Origin: an uncultured bacterium
GTDB lineage: Bacteria > Babelota > Babeliae > Babelales > Vermiphilaceae
Direction: 5' to 3'
Length of the DNA stretch: 64,000 bases
NCBI GenBank assembly: GCA_963702025.1
Contig: OY969699.1
Span: 1,088,001 to 1,152,000 of the forward strand
Each line of letters begins with the position of its first letter. Position 1 is the stretch's first letter. Shown in pieces: positions 37,795 to 47,776 of the stretch. Both the position numbers and the translations under genes were made by a program. The notes under the pieces are model-generated. The model saw only the letters and a program-made list of their open reading frames with translations, was not told where the DNA came from and ran no database searches.

Positions 37795-38239
37795 TACCAC
37801 CCCATGAATCAATTATCTCAATGCGCTTTTCGTATCGATTATCGAGGAATTGCGCATTGAGCCATGCAATAACCATAAGAACTGCTTGCTCAGGCGTTAT
37901 ATAATCTGCCGCCAACACTAAGATGTTTGCATTATCTTCCTCTTTTGCGCGGTAGGCCGTTACCTCATCCCAAACAAGTGCCGCATATATTTTTTCAAAT
38001 CGATTTGCCGCTATTGCCATCCCTGCACCACTCCCACAGAGTAAAACACCGCAATCAACAGATTTTTTTTGCAATAGCCGCGCAACTTCCGCGGCAAAAG
38101 GTGGATAATCGGTACGCTCTTGGCTAAACGTTCCAACGTCGACCCATTCTATCCGTTTTTCTTCTAAGGTAGCCCCTTGCTGAATAACAGCTTTATGCAG
38201 ATATCCGCGATGATCGGCACCAATTGCAATTTTTAACAT
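37787..38239 (-). CDS. rpiB: Ribose-5-phosphate isomerase B
   Basis: 'IAIGADHRG', 'DYP', 'CGSGAGMAIAANR', 'NANIL'. Confidence 0.9.
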   Translation of the reverse strand: MLKIAIGADHRGYLHKAVIQQGATLEEKRIEWVDVGTFSQERTDYPPFAAEVARLLQKKSVDCGVLLCGSGAGMAIAANRFEKIYAALVWDEVTAYRAKEEDNANILVLAADYITPEQAVLMVIAWLNAQFLDNRYEKRIEIIDSWGGIK

Positions 38240-39039
38240 GTATGTTCCTTTAAATTCTTTTTATGAGTGTGGGCAAAGTGAGGTAGCAGCATTTTTTCTT
38301 TATCCAGTTTCCATTGCAAAGATGCTTTTGTGCCATGACGATCAAAAGCGAGAATAAGCTGCGTATCCGGTTGTATCAGTTCTTGCTCTTCTCGACAAAC
38401 CCCGTCAAATATGAGCAAATAATGGTAAGGCAGCTGGCCAGATAATTCAAAGAAGTCCCGGTTAGGGGGAGAATCAATAGTCAAAAAAATGCTCGGCGAA
38501 AAGGACTTGTCTGCCAGGGAAAGAGAAATTGTATTTTTTTGCTCATCCGTTATTTTATGTCTACTCATTACATAAAAAACTAAAGCTCTCTTTGATAAGG
38601 GTTGATTATGGGCTAAAAAAGGATAGGCATGCTGGATCCAATCGGAGAGCCAAATCACATCATATTGATCGCTAACGTTCATATCTTTATAGATAGTGAC
38701 TGAACGAAGAAAATGTGTATGCCATTTGTCGGTGCTTTTTGTTTTTTCGACCGTACTCTTTCTAAGTGGTGTACTGTGGAGAGCAGTGCTCACGAGAATT
38801 ATTAGCAAAGTAGCAAGAATTGATTTAATGGAGATCCTTCGATACCCTTCGACATAGCTCAGGATAAACTGCATCTTACGATTTCTACTCAGGTCCCTCG
38901 ACAAGCTCGGGATGATCGGGGATATCCGTTCGTGCTGAGCCCGTCGAAGCATCGTATCGAACCATTTTTTAAGCAAATTTCGAAAAATTAAATGTATATT
39001 CATCACCCAACAGCATCTTTGCTGAAATTTTTTTTCCAT
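38233..39039 (-). CDS. Hypothetical exported protein carrying an in-frame palindromic-repeat insertion
   Basis: 268-aa ORF overlapping the rpiB start; hydrophobic segment follows the repeat-derived stretch. Confidence 0.65.
   Translation of the reverse strand: MEKKFQQRCCWVMNIHLIFRNLLKKWFDTMLRRAQHERISPIIPSLSRDLSRNRKMQFILSYVEGYRRISIKSILATLLIILVSTALHSTPLRKSTVEKTKSTDKWHTHFLRSVTIYKDMNVSDQYDVIWLSDWIQHAYPFLAHNQPLSKRALVFYVMSRHKITDEQKNTISLSLADKSFSPSIFLTIDSPPNRDFFELSGQLPYHYLLIFDGVCREEQELIQPDTQLILAFDRHGTKASLQWKLDKEKMLLPHFAHTHKKNLKEHTC
38836..38964. repeat. Nested palindromic element (129 bp)
   Basis: ccttcgatac…gtatcgaacc ends; internal cccttcgacatagctcagg and ccctcgacaagctcggg; ccgttcgtgctgagc resembles 5118-5132. 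Confidence 0.75.
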
Positions 39040-39142
39040 TATTCACCCCTTTCTATCCTTTTACTACAAAGACTAAAAAAAAAGAGTAGTAATTTACAAG
39101 GTACTTAAGGTAAAATCTTTCTATCGTAGGCAAAGGTAATTC

Positions 39143-40381
39143 ATGAATAGTCTTGTATTGCGTATCGCATATCGTTATTTACTGGGAACCCATTCTGAAA
39201 AAAACATTTCAGTCATGGTAATAATTTCTTTTATTGGTATCTTCATTGGCACATTTGCACTTGCCTTGGTCGCTAGCATAATGAACGGCTTTGAAAAAGC
39301 GACGCACGAAAAATTACAAGGTATCCATTCTCAAGTGATCATGCGCTCAGCGAGCAATGAACCACTCAACCTTGAAAAAATAGAAACTGTGTTACATGAA
39401 GAGTTTCCAGCTGTAGCCAATTTTGCTCCAACTACGTTCAAACAAGTTATCATTCAAAAAAAAGAGAGTAATGATCTAACCAATGCATTGTTACTCAAAG
39501 CAATAGACCCTTCGCTTGAAGAAAAAGTGAGTACTATAGGCAACACCGTAACCGGATTACCCGGTTTAAAAGCATCATTATCTTTCCTTTTAGATGGCAA
39601 TCAGGTTGTTATTGGAAAAAAAATGGCCGATTCATTAGGTGTAACACCAGGCCAGGAAATCCGTTTGTTATTTACCCCGGAACAAAAAGTAAGAAATAAA
39701 AAAATTACTCTTGATAGTTATGATGTTACCGTTAGCGGTACATTTTCAACCGGTATAGAAGAATTTGACTATGGGCTTATTCTCGCTTCTTTTTCGTTAG
39801 TAAAAAAAATATTTCCTGATGCAGGCGTTACACAACTCAATATCCGTTTACAACCGGGTGCCGATGAACAAGCAACAATTTCCCAACTCAAAAATAGGTT
39901 TAATATCGATGTCTATTCATGGAAAGATCTTTACCCAGCATTGGTTTCAGCATTAAAATTAGAAAAGTATGTAATGATACTTATTCTAGCGCTGATTGCT
40001 CTGGTAGCGAGCATGAACATTATTTCACTCTTATTTATGCAGATTATACAAAAACGGCCGGACATTGCCATTTACCAAGCAATGGGTATGGCCAGCACCA
40101 AGATTATGCTTATTTTTTTATTTATGGGGATCGGCATCTGTCTTTTTGCCGGGCTCTTTGGATTGGCAGCGGCATATGGTGTGGGATTACTCCTTAAAAA
40201 ATATCCGTTTATTTCGCTACCGGACACCTATTATGTTTCACACCTTCCCATTCAAATGTCATGGGAAATATTCTTGCTCGTCTTTATAATAGTTTTGCTT
40301 ATGGGAACACTGGCAAGCCTTCTGCCAGCCCGCAGTGTAAAATCTATCAAGGTCGCCAAGATCCTAAGATTTGAAGGATAA
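39143..40381 (+). CDS. Lipoprotein-releasing ABC transporter permease (LolC/LolE-type)
   Basis: 'SIMNGFE', 'LKLEKYVM', 'DIAIYQAMG', 'YYVSHLP', 'LPAR...LRFE'. Confidence 0.88.
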   Translation: MNSLVLRIAYRYLLGTHSEKNISVMVIISFIGIFIGTFALALVASIMNGFEKATHEKLQGIHSQVIMRSASNEPLNLEKIETVLHEEFPAVANFAPTTFKQVIIQKKESNDLTNALLLKAIDPSLEEKVSTIGNTVTGLPGLKASLSFLLDGNQVVIGKKMADSLGVTPGQEIRLLFTPEQKVRNKKITLDSYDVTVSGTFSTGIEEFDYGLILASFSLVKKIFPDAGVTQLNIRLQPGADEQATISQLKNRFNIDVYSWKDLYPALVSALKLEKYVMILILALIALVASMNIISLLFMQIIQKRPDIAIYQAMGMASTKIMLIFLFMGIGICLFAGLFGLAAAYGVGLLLKKYPFISLPDTYYVSHLPIQMSWEIFLLVFIIVLLMGTLASLLPARSVKSIKVAKILRFEG

Positions 40382-41561
40382 TTATATGGAGATCTTTGCC
40401 AGCCCACTGCCGCAAACCGATCTGTTTCAAAAACGTGTTTTTGTACAGGCGGATCTAAATGTTCCACTTGATAAAGGGCAAATAGTTTCAGACTTTAGAC
40501 TTCAAGAAATTTTGCCCACCATTGATCTTATTCTAGCAAAGCAAGGCAAAATCATTTTAGCAACGCACATTGATCGCCCACAAAAATATGATCCTACACT
40601 TTCAACAAGTAATCTCGTGCCTTGGTTTGAAAAAAAAGGCTATACCATTACCTTTGAGTCCGATCTTGCAAAAGCGCACCAAAAAAGTTTTCATGATCCT
40701 AAAAGTATCCTTCTGCTTGATAATCTTCGGTTCTATCCCGGTGAGAAGGAAAAAAGTGAATCATTTGCCCAACAACTAGCACAACTTGCTGATTTTTACG
40801 TTAATGATGCATTTGGCACACTTGCACGGACTGATTGTTCAGTATTGGCACTACCATCATTATTTTCACCGGAAAAAAGGTGCTACGGCCTATTAATTGA
40901 AAAAGAATTACGCAATGCACAAAAATTACTGCATCCGGTGCGGCCCTACACAGTGCTTATTGGCGGTAATAAATTATCGGATAAAATTCCCTTGATATAT
41001 TCTTTAATCCCAAAAATCGACACGCTTATCCTTCTACCGGCGGTTGTCTTTAGTTTTCTAAAAGCAGCCGGTAAAAATATCGGTGCTAGTCTGGTTGATC
41101 CGGTGCTTTTTGAAGAATGCAAAAAAATTTTGGCGCTGGCAGCCCATCACAAAGTGACCGTTTTTTTTCCGCTCGATTATCGAGTATGCACCAATGACAA
41201 AAAATCAGAACTTATAGTAAAAGATGAACATAACTTTGGCAAAGATGATAGCGGTATCACTATAGGCCCAAAAACAGAACAGCTACTCCAAAAAATTATT
41301 CTTGAATCAAAAACTATTTTTTATAATGGCCTAATGGGATTTTTAGATAGCCCAGAGACGCTGATCGGCATAAAAACAATTTTTACCGTGATGTCCCAAG
41401 CAAACGGATACAGCGTTATTGGCGGTGGTGATGCCACTGCCGCAGCATATGGATTAGGATTCAAAGACAAAATCGGCTATCTATCTACCGGGGGCGGTGC
41501 ATTAATCGCTTATCTTGCAGATCAAAAAATGCCAGCTCTTGAGATTCTTATCAATAAATAG
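40371..41561 (+). CDS. pgk: Phosphoglycerate kinase (divergent)
   Basis: 'DLNVPL', 'NLRF', 'YVNDAFGT', 'GGGDA', 'STGGGA'. Confidence 0.9.
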   Translation: MKDNYMEIFASPLPQTDLFQKRVFVQADLNVPLDKGQIVSDFRLQEILPTIDLILAKQGKIILATHIDRPQKYDPTLSTSNLVPWFEKKGYTITFESDLAKAHQKSFHDPKSILLLDNLRFYPGEKEKSESFAQQLAQLADFYVNDAFGTLARTDCSVLALPSLFSPEKRCYGLLIEKELRNAQKLLHPVRPYTVLIGGNKLSDKIPLIYSLIPKIDTLILLPAVVFSFLKAAGKNIGASLVDPVLFEECKKILALAAHHKVTVFFPLDYRVCTNDKKSELIVKDEHNFGKDDSGITIGPKTEQLLQKIILESKTIFYNGLMGFLDSPETLIGIKTIFTVMSQANGYSVIGGGDATAAAYGLGFKDKIGYLSTGGGALIAYLADQKMPALEILINK

Positions 41562-42075
41562 GACAAAAACCGAGCAAACAGGCACCCTTACGAACAACTT
41601 CTTGGGGCACAGCGCATGACAATTGCATCTCATAAATCAATAACCCATGATTATCATGCTTCATTTCCCATGAACAATAAAGAGGCTGTCGAAGTCCCAG
41701 GAGGTTGGCGATAACGCCCGTTGTTTCATCATCAGCTTGATGTGCTTTACGCATGCTATGACGATTAATGCCGCGAACCCTTTGATTAAAAGGTGCCTTT
41801 TTCATATGTTCAGCGAAAAGCTCTGGCGTCTCCCAAATCGGTGCCTGTACAAATTTTTCGGTTGCATCAAATCCAGCAATTCCTTTGAGGCAATCAAAAT
41901 CGGGGTTATCTACAAAATAGGCGGCTCTCTTTAAGTCAAAACAATCGGCATCACACAAATCATGGAGCAAAAATTCACACACATTTTCCGTTTCATGCAA
42001 CTTAAGTAATTTTTCCGGGAGAGAACTCAATCGATTTAATATAGCATTATTTTTGAGTATTTGCGGGTTTTCCAT
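41551..42075 (-). CDS. Hypothetical protein (possibly GAF-like)
   Basis: 174-aa ORF with plausible RBS and globular composition. Confidence 0.65.
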   Translation of the reverse strand: MENPQILKNNAILNRLSSLPEKLLKLHETENVCEFLLHDLCDADCFDLKRAAYFVDNPDFDCLKGIAGFDATEKFVQAPIWETPELFAEHMKKAPFNQRVRGINRHSMRKAHQADDETTGVIANLLGLRQPLYCSWEMKHDNHGLLIYEMQLSCAVPQEVVRKGACLLGFCPIY

Positions 42076-42295
42076 GGCCGGCCCTTCTCATTAGATTGGT
42101 ATTGCTTCATTTTTTTCCTTTTTCTCTATTGACAATACCTTGTTTGCAACCCAACATCAACACCATATAAAAAATTGTGCGATTGTTCGATTCTATCTCA
42201 TAAAAATTCGGTTTGACGGTAAGCCGAATAATTGTATAGACTGCACAAGAGCATTTATAGATAATTATTACCCAAGCAAACTATTAGAAAAAACA

Positions 42296-43402
42296 ATGAA
42301 AAAGAGATTAGTAGCACCACTAACATTACTATTATTTGGCAATACCTATTATGGACGCAGCGTCCATCGCCCCAAAGACCCATTAATGCCCGAAATTGTT
42401 GCCCGCTGGGCAGGAGATTCCACCTCGTACAGTGTTCGCAACTATCATTTTGAAGAATATCCTCTGCAATTATTTGACCCACAAGAGTTCAAGGAGCATT
42501 TACTTCCACCGGGAACTTTGAGTTTTCGCAGCAATCCACAACAAACGGTCACCCGGGAACAACTGACCACCCAGATTGAGCAATTACTCGTTGAGTTGAA
42601 TGAAGGAAAACGATTATTTTCAAACTTTGTTGTTTTACAAGCCAAAGACTATAATTTTAAAAAGACAAAGGGACTGCTAATTCTTAAATTCAAAGATTAT
42701 CCTTTTGTTGTAAAATTATTTATGGAAACTCCCGACAGCTTTATTTCACCATTTGATAAAGGTATGGAGCCGATTTTCTTCTTTTTTATGGGAGGTGGAA
42801 TTAACCGGCACCTATCGGGGTTCACTCGCATAAAAAACAGAGAAATAATTTTAGCCCGACTTGCTGATTCACCGTGGGGTTCTATTGTAGATATACCGCG
42901 AAAATGGTATTGGGTACCCTCAAAAATCAAATGGATCGAGGTTAAGGGTATCAATGTCGGATCAATAAAAGAGCAAAAAATACAGTTTCCAGGCACCTAT
43001 TGCATTATCGCCGACGCTATTGACGCTGAACGAAACCCATCTCTTTTTAACGTAGAAGACAAAAAAATGGCACTTGATTTATGTAACTTTTTGGATGTAT
43101 GGATAGATCCCCATATGAAAAATTTTATGATAGAAAAAGAAACTAAAAAGTTCATCATAGTGGACACAGAACATTTTCCGAGTACGGTTGGACTTCGAGA
43201 AAAAATTACTTTTGCCAGTTACAGTAACTGGTACTTATATTTAGCAGGTAAATGTTGGCAGAATGCCTTTATGCAAACAAAACGAGAACGGAGAAATCCC
43301 CCCAAGAGATCAAAAGAAATGAGTTTGGTAGATTATCAAATAGCTAGTAATAGGAAGTCGAATGAAAAGATATACCCTAATTCTTTGTCTGCTTCTAGTT
43401 AA
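42296..43402 (+). CDS. Secreted atypical protein-kinase-like protein
   Basis: Signal-like N-terminus; 'VVKLF', 'DPHMKN', 'IVDTE'. Confidence 0.55.
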   Translation: MKKRLVAPLTLLLFGNTYYGRSVHRPKDPLMPEIVARWAGDSTSYSVRNYHFEEYPLQLFDPQEFKEHLLPPGTLSFRSNPQQTVTREQLTTQIEQLLVELNEGKRLFSNFVVLQAKDYNFKKTKGLLILKFKDYPFVVKLFMETPDSFISPFDKGMEPIFFFFMGGGINRHLSGFTRIKNREIILARLADSPWGSIVDIPRKWYWVPSKIKWIEVKGINVGSIKEQKIQFPGTYCIIADAIDAERNPSLFNVEDKKMALDLCNFLDVWIDPHMKNFMIEKETKKFIIVDTEHFPSTVGLREKITFASYSNWYLYLAGKCWQNAFMQTKRERRNPPKRSKEMSLVDYQIASNRKSNEKIYPNSLSASS

Positions 43403-43841
43403 CACAACTGATCAATGGTGCTGTTGCTGCCAAATCCCCCTCAGCGATGATGAAGTTGTATCATCTCAGGAAGAAAGCCCATCTTCAAAAAGAAATTCAG
43501 CGATCAAAAATGATGAGGTAGACGATGGGAAAATTGCAAAACTCAATCGCGAGACAGCCAAAGAAATAACTATTAATCGCATCGATAAAAAACCCATTTT
43601 AATGCAGCGATTTATTTCCGACCATGTGCCCATGGAATGGCATTTAGAAATTAGCGAGAATCCTGAACAATGCATTATAATTTCAGATCCTGAAATAAAA
43701 AAGACTAACGACGCGCATCCACTCAGTTGGTACAGTTGGAAAATTGAAGGCACAAAACAGGGAACCGCTATTCTTCGACTACATGCCATAAGAAACAATC
43801 TCTATTGTGAATCGGATACCGTTACGGTGAAGGTCAAATAG
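43362..43841 (+). CDS. Secreted hypothetical protein with a WCCCC motif
   Basis: Signal peptide, poly-Cys, beta-rich C-terminal domain. Confidence 0.6.
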   Translation: MKRYTLILCLLLVNTTDQWCCCCQIPLSDDEVVSSQEESPSSKRNSAIKNDEVDDGKIAKLNRETAKEITINRIDKKPILMQRFISDHVPMEWHLEISENPEQCIIISDPEIKKTNDAHPLSWYSWKIEGTKQGTAILRLHAIRNNLYCESDTVTVKVK

Positions 43842-43842
43842 A

Positions 43843-45213
43843 TCACCCTGCTATTTCTTCTTCCAACCGTTGCAATTGATTTTTGAATTCGGCATTTTCG
43901 TGCAGATGGTTTTCTATTTTTTCCAGCGCATGCATAACGGTTGAATGGTCCCTGCCGCCCAAAAAAATTCCTATATCGCGCAGTGATTTGTCGGTTATTT
44001 TTTTCATTAAAAACATTGTCAATTGCCGTGCAAAAGAGAGTTCTTTGCTTCTGTTTTTTGAACGTAAGGCTATTAAATCATATGAATAATATTTGTTAAC
44101 GCACTGCACGATCCGTTCCAAACCAACCTCAACTTTTTTACCTTCGCTGGAACGAACCAAAACTCTTTGCGCAATTTCTAAACTAATTGGCTGCTTGGTT
44201 AATGAAGCAAAGGCCATCACTCTAATTAAGGAACCTTCTAACTCCCGCACATTTGAAATCACGCGAGAAGCAATAAAATGGGCAACTTCATCAGGTAGTA
44301 TTTCACTATTCAATTCCGCTTTCTTTTTTAAAATTGCAATTTTTGTTTCGAGCGTCGGCACATGCATATCTACCACTAAGCCCCATGACAAACGATATTT
44401 TAAACGCTCGGCAATACCGGCAATATCATGGGGAAATAGATCACTTGAAAAAACAATCTGCTTTTGCGCATCATATAATGCATTAAAAATATGAAAAAAA
44501 GCTTCTTGGGTTTGTTCTTTATTGGAAATGAATTGAATATCATCGATCAATAATGCATCTACCGTTTTATACTTTGCCTGAAATTGGTGAACTTTATCAA
44601 AGCGAATTGCATTAATAAATTCATTCACAAAACGATCGGCAGTTTGGTACAACGTAACTGCTTTTTTATGGCGAGTTTTTATTTCATTACCGATGGCATG
44701 CAGAAGATGTGTTTTACCTAACCCCGAGCCGCCATAAATAAAGAGCGGATTATAAATTGAACCGGGTTTTTCAGCAACGGCATGCGCAGCGGCATAAGCC
44801 AATGAATTATTTGGACCCACCACAAATGTATCAAACGCATAGGATCGGTTCCCCCTTTTTTTTTGCAAATCAGCCGAAGGAAGAATTTTTTCTGCTGGCT
44901 TAATCTGAATTAACTCAGATGACAACGGCGATGATGTGGTTACTAGCTCACTTTCGGGCGATGGGGCCTGTGCGCAAAAAACGACCTTAACCTCATCAAC
45001 ATTCAACAACCGCTTTAAATGATCTTCTATTAACTGAATATAGTTTCCGCGGAGCCAATCTTGCACAAAAGTATTTGCCGTCTGCAAATACACAATGTTT
45101 TGCGTTGGATCCCAGCGCTGCAAAGAAACTGCTTTGAACCATGTTTCAACAACACGGCTGCCCACTTCTTCTTTGGCGATCTTAAGAAACTCTACCCAAA
45201 TATCATGTACCAC
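43843..45213 (-). CDS. dnaA: Chromosomal replication initiator DnaA
   Basis: 'YNPLFIYGGSGLGKTHL', 'LLIDDIQF', 'NVRELEG', 'GGRDHSTVMHA'. Confidence 0.98.
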   Translation of the reverse strand: MVHDIWVEFLKIAKEEVGSRVVETWFKAVSLQRWDPTQNIVYLQTANTFVQDWLRGNYIQLIEDHLKRLLNVDEVKVVFCAQAPSPESELVTTSSPLSSELIQIKPAEKILPSADLQKKRGNRSYAFDTFVVGPNNSLAYAAAHAVAEKPGSIYNPLFIYGGSGLGKTHLLHAIGNEIKTRHKKAVTLYQTADRFVNEFINAIRFDKVHQFQAKYKTVDALLIDDIQFISNKEQTQEAFFHIFNALYDAQKQIVFSSDLFPHDIAGIAERLKYRLSWGLVVDMHVPTLETKIAILKKKAELNSEILPDEVAHFIASRVISNVRELEGSLIRVMAFASLTKQPISLEIAQRVLVRSSEGKKVEVGLERIVQCVNKYYSYDLIALRSKNRSKELSFARQLTMFLMKKITDKSLRDIGIFLGGRDHSTVMHALEKIENHLHENAEFKNQLQRLEEEIAG

Positions 45214-45398
45214 GAATTTTACTCAACCTAAAACAAATACAATAAAACAATTGTGCTCAAGCGCCTCCACTATCTCCCGTTTTCTTTAGCACTGCTTGAT
45301 ACAAAGAAAATTGGTATTTTTGGTTTGTGGTATCTAAATGTAGCAAAACAATTATGTTTGTAAAAGCAACACGCAAAAAAAGCTTGTTATTTACGGTT

Positions 45399-46556
45399 TT
45401 AACTCGCTTTTGAGAATTCTATGAGACCCTGGCAAATTCCCGCACTGATACTTTTTTGAATTTTTTTATCTTTGAGGCAGAGAGTGTCTTGCACATTTGA
45501 TAAAAAACCCATTTCAATTAAGATGCTAGGTCCTTTTACACCAAGCAAAACCTGTGAAGCGGCAAACTTTACCTTGCGATCGCTTAAATTATAACCAGTA
45601 GCGCGAACATTTTTTAAAATATGAGCATGAGTTGCTTGTGCGAGCAATTTACTCTGTTGGCAAAGCTGCTGATCATAGGAATCGATCATTACATCTATAG
45701 CAGTTGCCAGTTGATTTCTCTCACGCTTAAATAACTGTGGCATAAGGCAAAATGTCTCAAGGCCGGTCACAGCAGTATTTGCAGCGTTATTAGCGTGTAA
45801 AGAAATCAAAATAGTTTGCGGATACCGGTTAGCAATAAGCGTTCGCTGATCTAATGCAACAAATCTATCATCGGCTCTGGTAAGAATATAGGGAATATTG
45901 TTCGCCTTTAATTCTTGCGCAAGCTCACGCCCAACGGCTAACGTAATTTCCTTTTCGAGTGTATTGAAACAGCCGACCGTACCCAAATCGGCGCCACCAT
46001 GGCCACAATCAATTACTACCATCGGCTTTTTTATCTGGGCAGTTTGTAAAAGTGGCTTACCACTTTTTTTGAGCACATCGAGTAAGATGTTATTATAAAA
46101 GCGAATTTCGAGTGCTTTTGCACCACCAATTGCATCGAAAAAGTCGGTCACCGCCATTATTTTTTTAGAATCGTAACCAATTTTAATAAGTAAGCCGGGA
46201 CCAGGGTCCTGAGTTGGTGTTATTTTAACCCAAAAAAGATCGTTATGACGCGCAGTGTTAAATTCATTAATGGTCTTTTCTATTGATGAATCAATAATTG
46301 CATTGGGTACAAAAAAAACTATCTCTTCATTCATTTTTGCAGCAGTCCCCTCCTTGATTTTTTTTAGCACAGGCGTCTGTTTAAAATATAGAACCGTTTT
46401 TGCAAGGATAAGATCAGCTGATTTTTCATGCATTATCGGCGAAAGATTATGATGGAAAACCTTTTGTAATTCATTTTTTTCCGACACGGTAACCGATACC
46501 GCAGTGAGCCATATGTTAGCCATACAAAAAATAACTAACACCCTTTTTTTATTCAT
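45399..46556 (-). CDS. N-acetylmuramoyl-L-alanine amidase (Amidase_3)
   Basis: 'VIDCGHGG', 'EKEITL', 'ISLHAN', 'ILIEMGFLSN'; signal peptide. Confidence 0.92.
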   Translation of the reverse strand: MNKKRVLVIFCMANIWLTAVSVTVSEKNELQKVFHHNLSPIMHEKSADLILAKTVLYFKQTPVLKKIKEGTAAKMNEEIVFFVPNAIIDSSIEKTINEFNTARHNDLFWVKITPTQDPGPGLLIKIGYDSKKIMAVTDFFDAIGGAKALEIRFYNNILLDVLKKSGKPLLQTAQIKKPMVVIDCGHGGADLGTVGCFNTLEKEITLAVGRELAQELKANNIPYILTRADDRFVALDQRTLIANRYPQTILISLHANNAANTAVTGLETFCLMPQLFKRERNQLATAIDVMIDSYDQQLCQQSKLLAQATHAHILKNVRATGYNLSDRKVKFAASQVLLGVKGPSILIEMGFLSNVQDTLCLKDKKIQKSISAGICQGLIEFSKAS

Positions 46557-47647
46557 TATATTTCCTTAGCTAATGGTTCAGCAATATACGCAAGCCGATG
46601 GGACCGCTCCCATGCGTGCAAGAAATTTTTAAGATGGTATCTTTTTCTGCCCAGTTTCGCTTGGGCAACCGCCGGATCATGGCAAATTACTTCTTTAGTT
46701 TTACTGTCAAAGCCAACCACCACTAAAAGATGCCCATTATGGTAAACGCGCGGCGCACCGGGCAAAGCCCCCCGCACACTCACCACAACCGGAATCCCTT
46801 TTTTTAGAAAGTCGCAAAGATTTAAGAACGAATTCATCCGCGCCACCGCAAAGAGAATTTTACCGTCAGAAAGTTCATAAGCATGCGCCATATTAAATGG
46901 CCAACTGCCATGTTGACCAAGGCCGTGGTCAAATGATTTTTCTGCAAACGAAACTGGATCAATCTGTTGTGCGGTTAAATATGAGGTGAGCATGGTGCAT
47001 GATGTTGGCGAGCATAAGCCATCATTGCGCGGGTGATCCAGCTCAAATTGTGAAAGCCGTGGCACCCCTTTTACCAGTACCGATGGTGTTTTGGCAAACA
47101 ACGATTCAGTTTCGGGGAAAAACAAGTTAAAATTCGCCACATTTACCGCAAATGATTTAATCAAGGAAAGATTAGCATCACCGTTTGGAATAATTTTTAT
47201 CCCAAAGGCATCAGCGGTAATATCACTCTGTGATTCGAGCCGTACATGATGATAACTTGAAATATGGTCGGGGTTTGTTTTAAATGATTTTTGTATTGTG
47301 TCGCCCCATGCAATCATTCGATGCCATTTACTCCATTCTTTTGTTGTAGCATTACGAACACGGGCAAAAAATATGAAGTTTCCGTGCACGGGGCGCAAAG
47401 AGTTCCAACTAAAAATAAGTTGCGTAAATGGTTTAACATTAACCTTGGTGAGGGTGATATCCTTTTTTAAGCTATTTTCTTGCTGCTCGGCAGTGGTAAA
47501 TTGCTTGCGGTGCAACCAAGTCCATTGTTGAGACTTGTTTTCTAAACAAGAGCCGTTTATAACGGTACATAGCAATACGCAAATACCGAGCATTCTTTGA
47601 ATGAGAAAGCATAGTTTCATGACCCGACTCCACAGTAAATCAAGCAT
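46556..47647 (-). CDS. Peptidase C39-like family protein
   Basis: 'SQF...CSPTSCTM', 'GSWPFN', 'GHLLVVVGF', 'HDPA'. Confidence 0.85.
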   Translation of the reverse strand: MLDLLWSRVMKLCFLIQRMLGICVLLCTVINGSCLENKSQQWTWLHRKQFTTAEQQENSLKKDITLTKVNVKPFTQLIFSWNSLRPVHGNFIFFARVRNATTKEWSKWHRMIAWGDTIQKSFKTNPDHISSYHHVRLESQSDITADAFGIKIIPNGDANLSLIKSFAVNVANFNLFFPETESLFAKTPSVLVKGVPRLSQFELDHPRNDGLCSPTSCTMLTSYLTAQQIDPVSFAEKSFDHGLGQHGSWPFNMAHAYELSDGKILFAVARMNSFLNLCDFLKKGIPVVVSVRGALPGAPRVYHNGHLLVVVGFDSKTKEVICHDPAVAQAKLGRKRYHLKNFLHAWERSHRLAYIAEPLAKEI

Positions 47648-47776
47648 TTATTTACTAATATAATAATTTTATTTTAAAATTTAATCAACAGTTTCTTCTT
47701 GAAACTCCCAAATCTCTGTTATTTAAAGTATATAATTGGTGATACTATTAGTAAGCATAGCGCAAAGGGGGATACT

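Noticed and set aside
45214..45398. oriC upstream of dnaA
   Set aside because: No TTATCCACA-type box cluster is visible, and gene orientation and skew point to a terminus in this window. Divergent boxes cannot be fully excluded.
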